Part shown: one piece after another, positions 11,136 through 23,646 of the stretch
Layout of the letters: the number at the start of each line of letters is the position of its first letter
Numbering within the stretch: the first letter of the stretch is position 1
From: an uncultured Gemmatimonadaceae bacterium
Lineage (GTDB): Bacteria > Gemmatimonadota > Gemmatimonadetes > Gemmatimonadales > Gemmatimonadaceae
DNA: 64,000 bases
NCBI GenBank assembly: GCA_963829055.1
Contig: CAWHHI010000008.1
Location: forward strand, 224,001-288,000
Direction of reading: 5' to 3'
Translations under genes and position numbers: made by a program
The notes under the pieces: model-generated
What the model was told of the DNA's origin: nothing
Database searches by the model: none
The model's input: only the letters and a program-made list of their open reading frames with translations

Positions 11136-11295
11136 GACTAGCTACACGCTGGGAACATCTGCCGACGGCTGCATGCTGCGGCCGCACGCTGCCCGCTGCT
11201 GCTATTACTGCCGGCGATCACCCAGCGCGCTGCTCGCTGGTCGCCCGAACAACCCAGTCCCGATTCCCAGTCCCCAGTCCCCAGTCCCCAGTCCC
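11106..11295. repeat. Heptamer tandem repeats: (GGGGACT)-like at 11106-11134 and (CCCAGTC)n at 11253-11295, in inverted arrangement
   Basis: Direct reading; about 6 units on the right, about 4 degenerate units on the left, between convergent genes. Confidence 0.75.
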
Positions 11296-12699
11296 TACCT
11301 GTGCATTGGCAGCTTCGCGTCGGCCGTCTCGGCAGACGCCGGCTCGCCGCCGGCGCGTTCGTACTCGCTGCGTAGCGTGTCCATCAGCTCGCGGCGACGA
11401 TCGTAGAGACGGCGCAGCGGACGCTTGCCGCGCACGGCGAGCGCGTACGACGTCAGCAGCGGCAGCGCCACCGTCGAGTCGAGGTAGCACACCACCGCGT
11501 CAGGCAGGCGATCCGGATCGATCTTTCCCCAGCTCACCGCCTCCGCCGGCGTCGCGCCCGAAAGGCCACCCGTGTCGGGGCGCGCGTCCGTGATCTGCAG
11601 GAAGAAGTCGTGCCCCTTCTCATCGATGCCGAGCACTTCCTGAATCTGCGGCTCCGTCTGCAGCATGAAGTTTTTCGGGCTGCCACCGCCCGCGATCAGC
11701 ACGCCGCTCCGGCCGCCGCCGCGCTTGGCGCCGAGCACGATCGACGCCGTCTCGTTCACGTCCGCATTCGGATCGATCACGCATTGATTTCCGTCGAGCG
11801 CGAGCGCCGCGACGTTCATGCCGATGGACGAATCGCCCGGGCGACGACGTGTAGATCGGCACACCCGCGACGAACGCGGCGGACAGGAGTGACTTCTGCC
11901 CGATGCCTAACGCCTTCTCGCGCTCGCGGACGTACTTGCCGCACAGCCAGTGGAACTCCGCGCTCGACATCGGGCGCTGGAACTCCGGGCCCTGGATGAT
12001 CTTCCGGAAGAATGCGTCCGTCGACAGCAGCACGTCGTAGTCGAAGAAGATGTCGTAGATGCGGACGATCCCCTCCTCACGGAGCACGACGTCCGACTCC
12101 TGCGCGTTGCCACGATGCATCGCGAGCCCGAGCCCGAAGTGCGTGTCGTGGTAGAGATTCGCGCCGGTCGAGATGATCCAGTCGACGAAGCCCGCCTCGA
12201 TGAGCGGGATGAGCACCGCCATTCCCAGACCCGCGGGCGTGAGCGCACCCGTGAGCGTCATGCCCACCGTGACATCCGGGTCGAGCATCTTCTGCGTGAA
12301 GAGCTGACACGCCTCGCGGAGCCGCGCGGCGTTATACGCGAGAAAGGTCCCGTCGATCAGCTCGGTGACCGTCTCGGTGCCATCGATGCGGCGCGGATCG
12401 ATCCGCTGGCCGCGAAGAAACCGGCTGGTCTCGTGCGACGTGTGCTTCACGCCCGCCTGCTCACGCTCCTCGGCCGCACGCTTCTGGTCGGCTTTTGGTC
12501 CGGCCGGCGTCGAGCGCTTGATGGTCTTCCCCGGCCGAGAGCTCTTGAGCCCGCGCGGCCGCGACTGCGACGGTCGCGATTCCGGCGCCGGCTTGGCGGG
12601 CGCCGCCTTGCGCGCGTTAGGCACCGCTACTTTTCGGGCGTTCGGTCGCGGCTTCTTTCCGTTCCCGGTTCCCCCACTCCGGTTCCCTTTCTTTTTCAT
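11295..12699 (-). CDS. Deoxyhypusine synthase-like protein (probable homospermidine synthase); apparent frameshift near 11840
   Basis: [63 protein letters not shown]. Confidence 0.9.
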
Positions 12700-13727
12700 T
12701 CCCCTTCCCCCTCCATTCGCCCGCGCGAGGTATCGAGCTGTGCCCGGTAAGCCGATACGACAGCGGCGGCGGCTTCTGCCGGGTCGTCGGTGAGCAGCAT
12801 GAGATCCATGTCCCCTGGCGAGATCTTTCGCTCAGTGAGCACGCGCGTCTGCAACCAGCGCACGAGGCCCGCCCAGTAGTGCCGGCCGAAGAGGACAACC
12901 GGGAACTGATAGATCTTGCCGGTCTGGATCAGCGTGAGCGCCTCGAACAGTTCATCGAGCGTGCCGAATCCGCCGGGGAAAATGATGAACGCCACCGAGT
13001 ACTTGATGAACATCGTCTTCCGGACGAAGAAGTAGCGGAAGTTCACCAGCGTATCGACGTACGGGTTCGCGCCCTGCTCGAACGGCAGCTCGATGTTGCA
13101 GCCGATGGAACGGCCGTTCCCCATGCGCGCGCCCTTGTTCGCCGCCTCCATGATGCCCGGCCCCGCGCCTGTGATGATCGCGAAGCCCGCCTCGGCCAGC
13201 AGCCGCGCGACTTCCACGGCGCTCTGATACTGCGGGTCATCGGGTCCGGTGCGGGCCGAGCCGAACACCGTCACGCCCTTCTGCACCGACGCGAGCGTGT
13301 CGAATCCCTCGATGAACTCACTCGTTATGCGCAGCACGCGCCACGTATCCGTGCGCGTGAAGTCATCGTAGCGGCCGGGCTGCTGCAGCAGCTTTTCGTC
13401 CTCGGTCACCACCGCGTACGGGTTGCTGCGAATGGCGTCGTCGATCGCGCGCGTCGCGCCCGAGCTGCGAAGCGCTGGGGTCTGCGACGGCGGCGTGCGG
13501 CCAGCCATGAGGTGCCCCTGTTCCGTGCGTTCCCGGAGCCCCTCGAGCGCGTTCTGCGCCGCGTCCGCCAGCGTGCCGGCGTTTACCTTTTTACCGGACG
13601 CCGTTCTGGGACCTTTGGCGCTCTTGCTGGCAGCGCGTGGGGGGCTAGTCTCAGAGAGTCGTCTCGGCGCCTTCTTCGACGCCGCAGCAGGTCGCGGGGT
13701 GTCCGGTCGTTGTTTTCGTTTCGCCAT
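12696..13727 (-). CDS. LOG family (TIGR00730-type) nucleotide phosphoribohydrolase with basic N-terminal extension
   Basis: [55 protein letters not shown]; stop overlaps the next start. Confidence 0.9.
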   Translation of the reverse strand: MAKRKQRPDTPRPAAASKKAPRRLSETSPPRAASKSAKGPRTASGKKVNAGTLADAAQNALEGLRERTEQGHLMAGRTPPSQTPALRSSGATRAIDDAIRSNPYAVVTEDEKLLQQPGRYDDFTRTDTWRVLRITSEFIEGFDTLASVQKGVTVFGSARTGPDDPQYQSAVEVARLLAEAGFAIITGAGPGIMEAANKGARMGNGRSIGCNIELPFEQGANPYVDTLVNFRYFFVRKTMFIKYSVAFIIFPGGFGTLDELFEALTLIQTGKIYQFPVVLFGRHYWAGLVRWLQTRVLTERKISPGDMDLMLLTDDPAEAAAAVVSAYRAQLDTSRGRMEGEGE

Positions 13728-13874
13728 TACACTCGGGTCGGCAGGAACGCTCGCGCGCGTCGCGCGGCAAGCGAATGAGTTTATCGACCCCACGACTCGG
13801 CGCGCCACTCGTAACGGCTCGCTGATTCGCCGGCCGGCGCCATCACGCTCATCGTACTTCGCTCAGGCACAGAC

Positions 13875-15365
13875 TTGTCGGTCATCATTCTTCTCGCGGA
13901 TGGGGCGCGTCCCGACGTCTTTCGTCGCGCGATGGACGACGGATCCCTCCCCGCGCTGGCCCGCCTGAGAGATGAGGGTGCGCTGCACACGGTGGCGACG
14001 GCGTTCCCGTCGGTCACCGGCCCGGCATATGCGCCGTTCCTCATGGGCCGGTATCCCGGGACCCATCGGGCTGCCGGGGCTGCGCTGGTTCGATCGCAGT
14101 CGCGAAACGGCTCGGGGCTTCGGCAACTGCCGCAGCTACGTCGGCTCGGAGATGCGGCACGTCGATGCCGACCTCGCCGCTGACGCCCCGACCATCTTCG
14201 AGCTCGCCGGCCCGTCCGTCGGGGCGCTGAGCGTGATCTGGCGCGGACTGCGGCGGACCGAGCAGGTTGGCCGCAATCTCGCGTTCGTGGCGCGCGCGGC
14301 ACGTACCCACTTCGCCGGCAACGTCGCAGGCTGGCTTCGAGATCGACCGTGAGGTCGGCGCTGAGGTAGCGCGACGCGTCCGTGAGCACGAGCCGCGCGT
14401 CACGTTCGCCGCGCTGCACGGGCATCGACAAAGCGTCGCACTCCGCCGGGCATGATTCGCCCGCCGTGCACGAGGCGATGCGCATCGTCGACGACATCGC
14501 GGCCGAGATTCGCCAGGACGCCGAGCGTGCGGGACGGTGGGACGCGATGCACCTCTGGGTCACGAGCGATCATGGCCACTCGCCGGTCACGGGCCACGAC
14601 GACCTCGCAATGCTGCTGCGGTCGTGGGGGCATCGGACCGTCGCGCATCCGTGGACGTTCGCCGGAGGCCGTGACGCCGCCGTGATGGTCAGCGGCAACG
14701 CCATGGCGCACATCTATCTCGAGCTCGATCGCCGGGAGCGTCCGTGGTGGCCCGAGCTCGCAACGCGGTGGTCTCCCCTCGTGGCATCGCTGCTCGAGCG
14801 ACCGTCGGTAGACCTTCTCATTCTGTCACACAGTACCACGTTGTTCGAAGTGCACAGTCCCGCGCGCGGCGCCGCAATGCTTGCCGTGCACGGCAATACA
14901 TTCAGCTATCGACCGACGAGTGGCGATCCATTGTCGATCGGGCCACACGAGGGACTGAGCGACACCGAGGCGTTCGACGTCACCGCCGAGTCGGACTACC
15001 CCGACGCGATCGTACAGATCGCGCGGCTCGCCGGCTCGTCGCGTTCGGGCGAGGTCATTCTGTCAGCGGCTCGCGACTGGGATTTTCGCGAACGGCACGA
15101 GCCCATTCCGCACGTGTCTTCGCACGGCGCGCTGCACCGTGAGCACATGCTCGTTCCACTGCTCACGAACCGCCCGCTTGCGCGCACGCCTCGGCGAACG
15201 GTCGATGTCATGCCGAGCGCACTGGCAGCGCTCGGACTGGAAATTCCGCCCGGGCTCGATGGTACGAGCTTCCTCGGCAGCGCGCCGGGCGGGAGCGGGA
15301 GTGACGGGCATCTTGCGCGTGAGCGCTCCGATAACGACCGTGGTGCCGAGTCCGCCGTGGCGTGA
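13875..15365 (+). CDS. Alkaline phosphatase superfamily / nucleotide pyrophosphatase-phosphodiesterase (several apparent frameshifts, 14060-14420)
   Basis: ILLADGAR, TAFPSVTGPAY, IDKASH, VTSDHGH, SSHGALHREHMLVP, RTVDVMP. Confidence 0.82.
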
Positions 15366-15404
15366 TGCCGCGGCGTCATACAACCCGGCACACCTGGGGG
15401 GGTC

Positions 15405-15815
15405 ATGCGTGCTCGCGTCATACTGACTGCGCTCGCGGTCGCTGTCTGCAGTGCGTGTGCATCGAGTGGAGGCGCGTCGAAGGCCAAGTCCGGAGGCTCG
15501 CGGAGTCAGGACTTCATCGGCGAAGCTGAGATCGCGCAGCGCGCGCGCGACGCCACGAATGCGCTGGCGGTCATCGAGAGGCTGCGGCCGCAAATGCTTA
15601 CCAGCCGCGGCGCTACTTCACCAAATAACACGGGCGCCGAGGACGTATTGCCGCGGGTGTACGTCGATGACGTTTCGTACGGTTCCATCAACTCACTGAC
15701 CAACGTGACCACGGGCCAGATCAAGGAGATTCACTTCATCAAAGGTCCGGACGCGACGACTCGATGGGGAACCGGGCACGTATCGGGGGTAATTTTGGTG
15801 CTGACCAAGAAGTAG
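15405..15815 (+). CDS. Small lipoprotein resembling a stand-alone TonB-dependent receptor plug domain
   Basis: Lipobox-like VCSAC; PRVYVDD, IKEIHFIKGPDATTRWGTGHVSGVILVLTK. Confidence 0.7.
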   Translation: MRARVILTALAVAVCSACASSGGASKAKSGGSRSQDFIGEAEIAQRARDATNALAVIERLRPQMLTSRGATSPNNTGAEDVLPRVYVDDVSYGSINSLTNVTTGQIKEIHFIKGPDATTRWGTGHVSGVILVLTKK

Positions 15816-15858
15816 GAAGTGCGACGCGAAACTCAGAAGCACCTGATGCGAGCCCCGA

Positions 15859-16137
15859 ATGCCACTCCCGAGAGAAATCCAGGAAGAGCTCGAGCGGAAA
15901 CGCCGAGCCGAGCATGTCCAGGCAGAGCGCGATGCGTTCTGGGCGAACGTGCGAGCGGCCCTCATGTGCGTGGCGTGGTCCGCGGCAGGACTCGCGTGCA
16001 TGGGTTGGGGTCTTCACACCAACGATGCAGAGCTCGGGGGGATCGCCTGGAAGGGCGGCATGATCATCGGCTACGTGGGAATCCTGGTGACGGTGGTGCG
16101 CTGGTACACGAAGGCGAAGGACCGTGGCGACGCGTGA
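15859..16137 (+). CDS. Hypothetical two-helix membrane protein
   Basis: 92 aa, two hydrophobic segments, same-strand run leading to queG. Confidence 0.65.
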   Translation: MPLPREIQEELERKRRAEHVQAERDAFWANVRAALMCVAWSAAGLACMGWGLHTNDAELGGIAWKGGMIIGYVGILVTVVRWYTKAKDRGDA

Positions 16138-16150
16138 CAACGTGGGTGTC

Positions 16151-16396
16151 ATGACCTGGCTACGCCTCACGCTCCAACTCGCGACTCGAGCCGCGTTCAA
16201 CCCAGCGCTCGCGGCCGACCTGCTCCGTGTCGCGTGGCGATTCCGGACCCGCGCCTGGTACCGGCGCTTCCCCTTCCTTCCGATCCCATCGCGTAAGTAC
16301 GTGCGCTGGCGGATGCACACGGCGTATGGTCAGTACGATGTAGTTCCGCCCGTCGAAGACGTTGTGCGCTACGCGCGCTGGGTCGGGCGCGGATGA
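16151..16396 (+). CDS. Hypothetical basic, aromatic-rich small protein
   Basis: WYRRFPFLPIPSRKYVRWRMHTAYG; stop overlaps queG start (ATGA). Confidence 0.7.
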   Translation: MTWLRLTLQLATRAAFNPALAADLLRVAWRFRTRAWYRRFPFLPIPSRKYVRWRMHTAYGQYDVVPPVEDVVRYARWVGRG

Positions 16397-17483
16397 GCGC
16401 ACTGCCGCGGCCGTCGCTTTCAGACGCCGCTGTCGAGACCACCGCGCATTCGCTCGAACAACGGATCAAGGCGCAGGCGTACGGACTCGGCTTCGATCTC
16501 GTTGGCATCACGCGCACGGGACCGGCACCGACGTCCGGCCGGTTCGAGCAATGGCTTCGCGCGGGCCGCGCCGGCGACATGCACTATCTCGAGCGCGGCG
16601 CGGAGAAGCGTCGCGACTCGCGACGTCCGGTGGACGGTGCACGCAGCGCGGTGGTCGTCGGTCTCGACTACGGCGGCCGCGAGCCCGCGGGACCAGTCGC
16701 TCGTTATGCACGCGGCGCGGACTATCACGACGTCATGGAAGCGCGCCTGCGGGAGCTTCACCGTCGCCTGAATGAATGGGTCGGCGCGCCGGTGCGCGGA
16801 AAGGCGTACGTCGATACCGGGCCGATTCTGGAGCGCGACCTCGCGCGCCGTGCCGGGCTCGGATGGTTCGGCAAGAACACGATGCTCATCAACCCACGCA
16901 GCGGATCGTTCTTCTTTCTCGGTGCGCTGCTGCTCGACGTCGAACTCGCGCCGGACACGCCGTTCGAGAGCGAGCATTGCGGGCACTGCACGCGGTGTCT
17001 CGATGCGTGTCCGACCGACGCGCTGCTGGAGCCGGGCGTGCTCGATGCGCGGCGCTGCATCTCGTACCTGACGATCGAGCTCAAGGGCGAGATCCCGGTG
17101 GAGTTGCGCGAGGCGATCGGCGGTCTCGTCTACGGATGCGACATCTGTCAGGACGTGTGCCCGTGGAACATCAAGTTCGCGAAGCTCCTGCCCGACGAGT
17201 CTCCGTTCGCGCCGCGTGAGGCGTTAGGCGGCAAGGACGCGCGGTCGCTCGCCCGCGACGTGTTAGGCATGACTCAGGAGGAGTTCAGCCGCGCCTTCAA
17301 GGGCTCGCCGATGAAGCGCGCGAAGTTGCGCGGGCTGAAGCGCAACGCGACCGTGGTGCTCGGCAACGTCGGAACGCGCGGACGACACCGACGTGCTCAC
17401 GCGTTCGCTCGACGACCGAGGAGCCGCTCGTACGCGAACATGCGGCGTGGGCACTGAGGCGGCTCAGCGCGCGACACAGCTAA
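16393..17483 (+). CDS. queG: tRNA epoxyqueuosine(34) reductase (C-terminal HEAT repeat frameshifted near 17376 and 17418)
   Basis: VARYARGADYH, YVDTGPILER, GWFGKN, CGHCTRCLDACPT, YGCDICQDVCPWN; tail EPLVREHAAWAL ends at TAA 17481-17483. Confidence 0.93.
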
Positions 17484-17626
17484 CCCGCCTCACGGCTAGG
17501 AAGGCGATCGGCAGAGTGCCGTGCGATCACTGAGGCCGACACCCCCGCCCTGGCCATCGCGGGGAGTCAGGCGTCGACGCTGACTCCCCGTTCGTCGGAG
17601 CTCTCGACCTCCTGGCCTGACCATCC

Positions 17627-19815
<2,189 letters not shown>

Positions 19816-19867
19816 CTATTCCTCCACGCGGCTGGAAACACGGCGGCGATCGATCTATCCTGCGGTC

Positions 19868-20866
19868 ATGTCGAATGGACCAACTCATCGCGGACGGAAC
19901 GCTCCGGTGACATCACCTTCGGTAGAGTCGGACGCCGCGATGCGAGGGGCTCAGGACGCAGCGCGCGTCGCGGCGCTGTGTGCCGAGCTCGCGGCACTTC
20001 TCGAGCAGCGGACTGGCGTTGATGGCGGGCACGAGACGCCGATTCCGCAGCTGACCCTGTGGCGGTTCTCCAACCCGACCGAACCGGCGCATGTGCTCCA
20101 GCAACCGGCGGTGTACGTCGTGGTACAGGGCCGCAAGCAGGTGACGGTCGGCGACGAGACGTACGTCTACGACCCATCGCAGTACCTCGCGGTGTCACTC
20201 GAGCTGCCGACCGTAACGCACGTCGTGGAGGCGAGCCCTGACGCGCCTTACCTCTGCATGACGCTGCGCGTGGATGCGCGCGAGCTCGCGGCGTTGATCG
20301 TCGAGACGGAACGGCCAGCCCCCCGCGACGATCACGATGGACGGGCGCTCTTCGTGAGCTCACTGCAGGCGCCGCTCCTCGACGGGTTTCTGCGGCTGGT
20401 GCGGCTGCTCGATGCGCCGCACGACATCCCAGTGCTCGCGCCTCTCATTCTGCGGGAGCTGCACTTCCGGTTGCTGCAAGGAGAGCAGCACGGCCGTCTA
20501 GCCGAGATGGCGATTGGCGACGGACGGGTGCGCCGCGTGGCCGGGGCGATCAGCTGGATCAAGGAGCACTACACGGAGCCGCTGCAAATCGACGCGCTCG
20601 CGAAGCGCGTGAACATGAGCGCCTCGGCGCTGCACGGTCACTTCAAGGCGGTCGCGGGGGTGAGCCCGATCCAGTATCAGAAGCACCTGCGACTGCAGGA
20701 GGCTCGTCGCCTGCTGCTGTCGGGAGCGACGAGCGCGGAAGCGGTCGCCTACGAGGTGGGCTACGCGAGCGCTTCGCAGTTCAGCCGGGAGTACGGGCGG
20801 CTGTTCGGACAGCCGCCGCGTCGCGACGCCGAGCGGATGCGCGAGCTAACTCCTGTGCGATCTTAG
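19868..20866 (+). CDS. AraC family transcriptional regulator (YqhC-like), divergent from the SDR
   Basis: VVVQGRKQV, LAPLILRELHFRLL, SPIQYQKHLRLQEARRLL, VGYASASQFSREYGRLFG. Confidence 0.92.
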   Translation: MSNGPTHRGRNAPVTSPSVESDAAMRGAQDAARVAALCAELAALLEQRTGVDGGHETPIPQLTLWRFSNPTEPAHVLQQPAVYVVVQGRKQVTVGDETYVYDPSQYLAVSLELPTVTHVVEASPDAPYLCMTLRVDARELAALIVETERPAPRDDHDGRALFVSSLQAPLLDGFLRLVRLLDAPHDIPVLAPLILRELHFRLLQGEQHGRLAEMAIGDGRVRRVAGAISWIKEHYTEPLQIDALAKRVNMSASALHGHFKAVAGVSPIQYQKHLRLQEARRLLLSGATSAEAVAYEVGYASASQFSREYGRLFGQPPRRDAERMRELTPVRS

Positions 20867-20893
20867 AGTTCGCGCGCCGGTGCCGAGCGCGAT

Positions 20894-21132
20894 CTCATAA
20901 CGGTTTGCCGATACATCTCCCAGGACGTGTGTCCGTCAAACGTCGCGGCGCGCGCCGTCGCCGTTCTCGACGCGTGACGCGTTCGGCGCGAAGAACGGAC
21001 GCGCGCGCGCGCGAGTTGTTAGGCATGCGCCAGGAGGAGTTCAGCCACGCCGTCACGGGCTCGCCGATGAAGCGGGCGAAGGTGCGAGGCCTCAAGCGCA
21101 ACGCGGCTGTGGCGCTCGGGAACGTCGGCACG
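20894..21132 (+). pseudogene. queG: Degenerate duplicate of the 3' part of queG
   Basis: Matches 17125-17376: caggacgtgtg, and LGMRQEEFSHAVTGSPMKRAKVRGLKRNAAVALGNVGT vs LGMTQEEFSRAFKGSPMKRAKLRGLKRNATVVLGNVGT. Confidence 0.9.
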
Positions 21133-21287
21133 ACCATCACGCGCTCCACGGTCGGAGGTCGATGATCGTGGTCGTCGCGTGAGTGAGGCCCCGATGATGC
21201 AGCGAGGTTCTGCCTATCTCGTCTACGCCGGCGCACTCAACCGTCGTGGCGCTCGGGATCCACGTTTCCCCATGCGGAGGTGCTGAC

Positions 21288-21425
21288 GTGTCGGACTCCA
21301 CTCCCCGGCAGCCCGCGGGCCTCATCACGATCGCGGCCTACTGGCTGGTCGCGGCACTGATGGCGCTCGCAATCATCTACTCGCTCGTGATCGTGATGCG
21401 GAACTGGTCCCACATCAGAGTCTGA
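21288..21425 (+). CDS. 45-aa single-pass membrane protein at the head of the nor operon (below ORF-track cutoff)
   Basis: GGAGG 7 nt before GTG; MSDSTPRQPAGLITIAAYWLVAALMALAIIYSLVIVMRNWSHIRV; stop 9 nt before norC ATG. Confidence 0.7.
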   Translation: MSDSTPRQPAGLITIAAYWLVAALMALAIIYSLVIVMRNWSHIRV

Positions 21426-21434
21426 GAGAGAGCG

Positions 21435-22256
21435 ATGCTGACCAAACGACAGACGCGCGCCTTCTTCTACGGCAGCAGCGGCATCTTCGCGCTCATCTTC
21501 CTCGGCCTCACCGTCGACACGCATCGCCAGGTTCCGAGGCTCACCAACGAGGCGAACAACACGCCCGAGGTCATCGCCGGCAAGCACGTGTGGCACCGGA
21601 AGGACTGCATCAACTGCCACACCCTGCTGGGCGAGGGCGCCTACTACGCTCCCGATCTCACGAAGATCACACAGCAGCGAGGCAGTGCGTATCTCGCCGC
21701 GTTCCTCAAGGATCCGACGAAGTTCTATTCGGAGGAGCGCGATCGCAGGATCATGCCCAACATGAACCTGAGCGACCAAGAGATTCAGCAAGTCATCGCG
21801 TTTCTCGATTGGGTCTCGAAGATCAATACCCAGGGTTGGCCACCGCGCCCGATCATGGTCTCCGGAAGCGTGACTCCGGGGACGGAGGAGCTCGGGGGCG
21901 CACCACCGTCGTCCGCGTCGAACGATCCGGTCGCGCTGGGACAGGCGCTCTTCCGCACGACGCCACCCGGCTGCTTCACCTGCCACTCGACGGCGGCTGG
22001 CGTCACGCTCGTCGGTCCTTCGCTCGCCAACTTCGCCACGATCGCCGCGCAGCGCGTCAAGGACCCGAACTATCACGGCAAGGCAACCGACGCTGCATCG
22101 TACATGCGCGAGTCCATCATCGAACCGAGTGCGTACATCGTCCCCGGCGCTACTTACTCCGCCGGCGGAGTCTCGTTCATGCCACCGGGCTTCAACGTGT
22201 CGCTCACCGCGCGGCAGGTTGACGATCTCGTCGCATATCTCACAACGCTCAAGTAG
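21435..22256 (+). CDS. norC: Nitric oxide reductase cytochrome c subunit with a second cytochrome c domain
   Basis: N-terminal TM helix, CINCHTLLGEGAYYAPDLTK, MPN; second heme site CFTCH with YMRESIIEP and MPP. Confidence 0.9.
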   Translation: MLTKRQTRAFFYGSSGIFALIFLGLTVDTHRQVPRLTNEANNTPEVIAGKHVWHRKDCINCHTLLGEGAYYAPDLTKITQQRGSAYLAAFLKDPTKFYSEERDRRIMPNMNLSDQEIQQVIAFLDWVSKINTQGWPPRPIMVSGSVTPGTEELGGAPPSSASNDPVALGQALFRTTPPGCFTCHSTAAGVTLVGPSLANFATIAAQRVKDPNYHGKATDAASYMRESIIEPSAYIVPGATYSAGGVSFMPPGFNVSLTARQVDDLVAYLTTLK

Positions 22257-22270
22257 GAGCTCGCCCAGCA

Positions 22271-23646
22271 ATGCGCCACCGGACTCAGGGCGTCGCGTAC
22301 GCGTACTTCGTGGTCGCGCTCCTTCTCTACGGGCTCCAAATGGTCTTTGGACTGCTGGCCATCTCCGAAGTACCTCGGGCCCGATCCGATCCGCGACTGG
22401 CTCCCGTTCGACCGCGTCAAGGAGATCCATACCAATCTCCTCATCGTGTGGGTGCTCACCGGCTTCATGGGAGCCACGTACTGGGTCGTCCCCGAGGAAT
22501 CGCGCGCGGAACTGTACTCGCCCAAACTGGCCTACTGGTCGCTCGGCCTCTGGACGCTGGCCGGCGTCACGGCCGTGGTCGGCTACATCTTCGGCTGGAC
22601 CGAGGGGAACAAGCTCCTCGAACAACCCTACCCGGTGAAGCTTGCGATCGTCGTGGTCATGCTCCTCTTCCTGTACAACATCGGGATGACCATCAGAGAA
22701 TTCCGGACGATTCACGACCACCGAAGGCGTGCTCGTTGCCGGACTCGCGCTCGCCGCGCTGCTCTACCTGCCGGCACTGCTGACGTACGACAACTATACG
22801 CTGAGCATCTACTATCGCTGGTGGACGGTGCATCTCTGGGTGGAAGGCGTGTGGGAGATGATCCAGGCATCACTGCTCGCCTATCTGCTGATCCGTCTCT
22901 CCGGCGCCGACCGAGAGGTCATGGAGAAGTGGCTCTACGTCATCGTCGGCCTGACGTTCATCGCCGGCATCCTGGGGACCGCGCACCACTATTTCTGGAT
23001 CGGCGTGCCGCAATACTGGCTTCCGATCGGCGGCATATTCAGCGCTCTCGAGCCGTTGGCCTTCCTGGGCATGGCGATCTACGCGTACAACGCGATCCGC
23101 CGCTCCGGTATCGCGCACCCGAATCGACTCGCGCTCCACTGGTCGCTTGGGAGCGCGGTCTTCTCCGCGCTCGGGGCCGGGATCCTCGGTTTCGCGCACA
23201 CGTGGCCCTCGGTCAATCAGTGGACGCACGGCACGATGATCACCGCGATGCACGGTCACATGGCCTTTTTCGGGGCGTATGTGATGATCGTGCTCGCGAT
23301 CATCGCCTATGCGCTGCCGCAGTACTTCAACTATCCCGAGGAGCAGCGTGAGAGCGCCGCCGGGTTGTGGGCCTTCTGGCTCCAGATCAGCGGGATGTTC
23401 GGAATGACGATGGCCTTCGCAGCGGCCGGAATCGTCCAGACTTATCTCGAGCGCATCCTTGGAATCGGCTACCTCGAGACGCAGCGCAAGATGCAGGTAC
23501 ACTACCTGATGTTGGTGGGGGCCGGCATTCTATTCGTCCTCGGTGTGGCGCTCTATCTCTACGACTTCTTCATCGTTGCGCCACGGCACGAGCATGCTGA
23601 CGTTCGTCAGCACGGCACCGTCGACGTTCGTGCCGCGGAGGCGTGA
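22271..23646 (+). CDS. norB: Nitric oxide reductase large subunit, cNOR type (apparent frameshifts near 22366 and 22700)
   Basis: HTNLLIVW, GNKLLEQP, WWTVHLWVEGVWE, GTAHHYFWIG, FSALEP, HGHMAFFGAY; about 458 codons, no qNOR N-terminal domain. Confidence 0.92.

Noticed and set aside
21133..21287. Expected FNR/DNR/NnrR box upstream of the nor operon
   Set aside because: No TTG-N8-CAA site found
21237..22721. 494-aa minus-strand ORF and many similar long overlapping ORFs
   Set aside because: Antisense shadows of real genes in high-GC DNA, with no recognisable motifs
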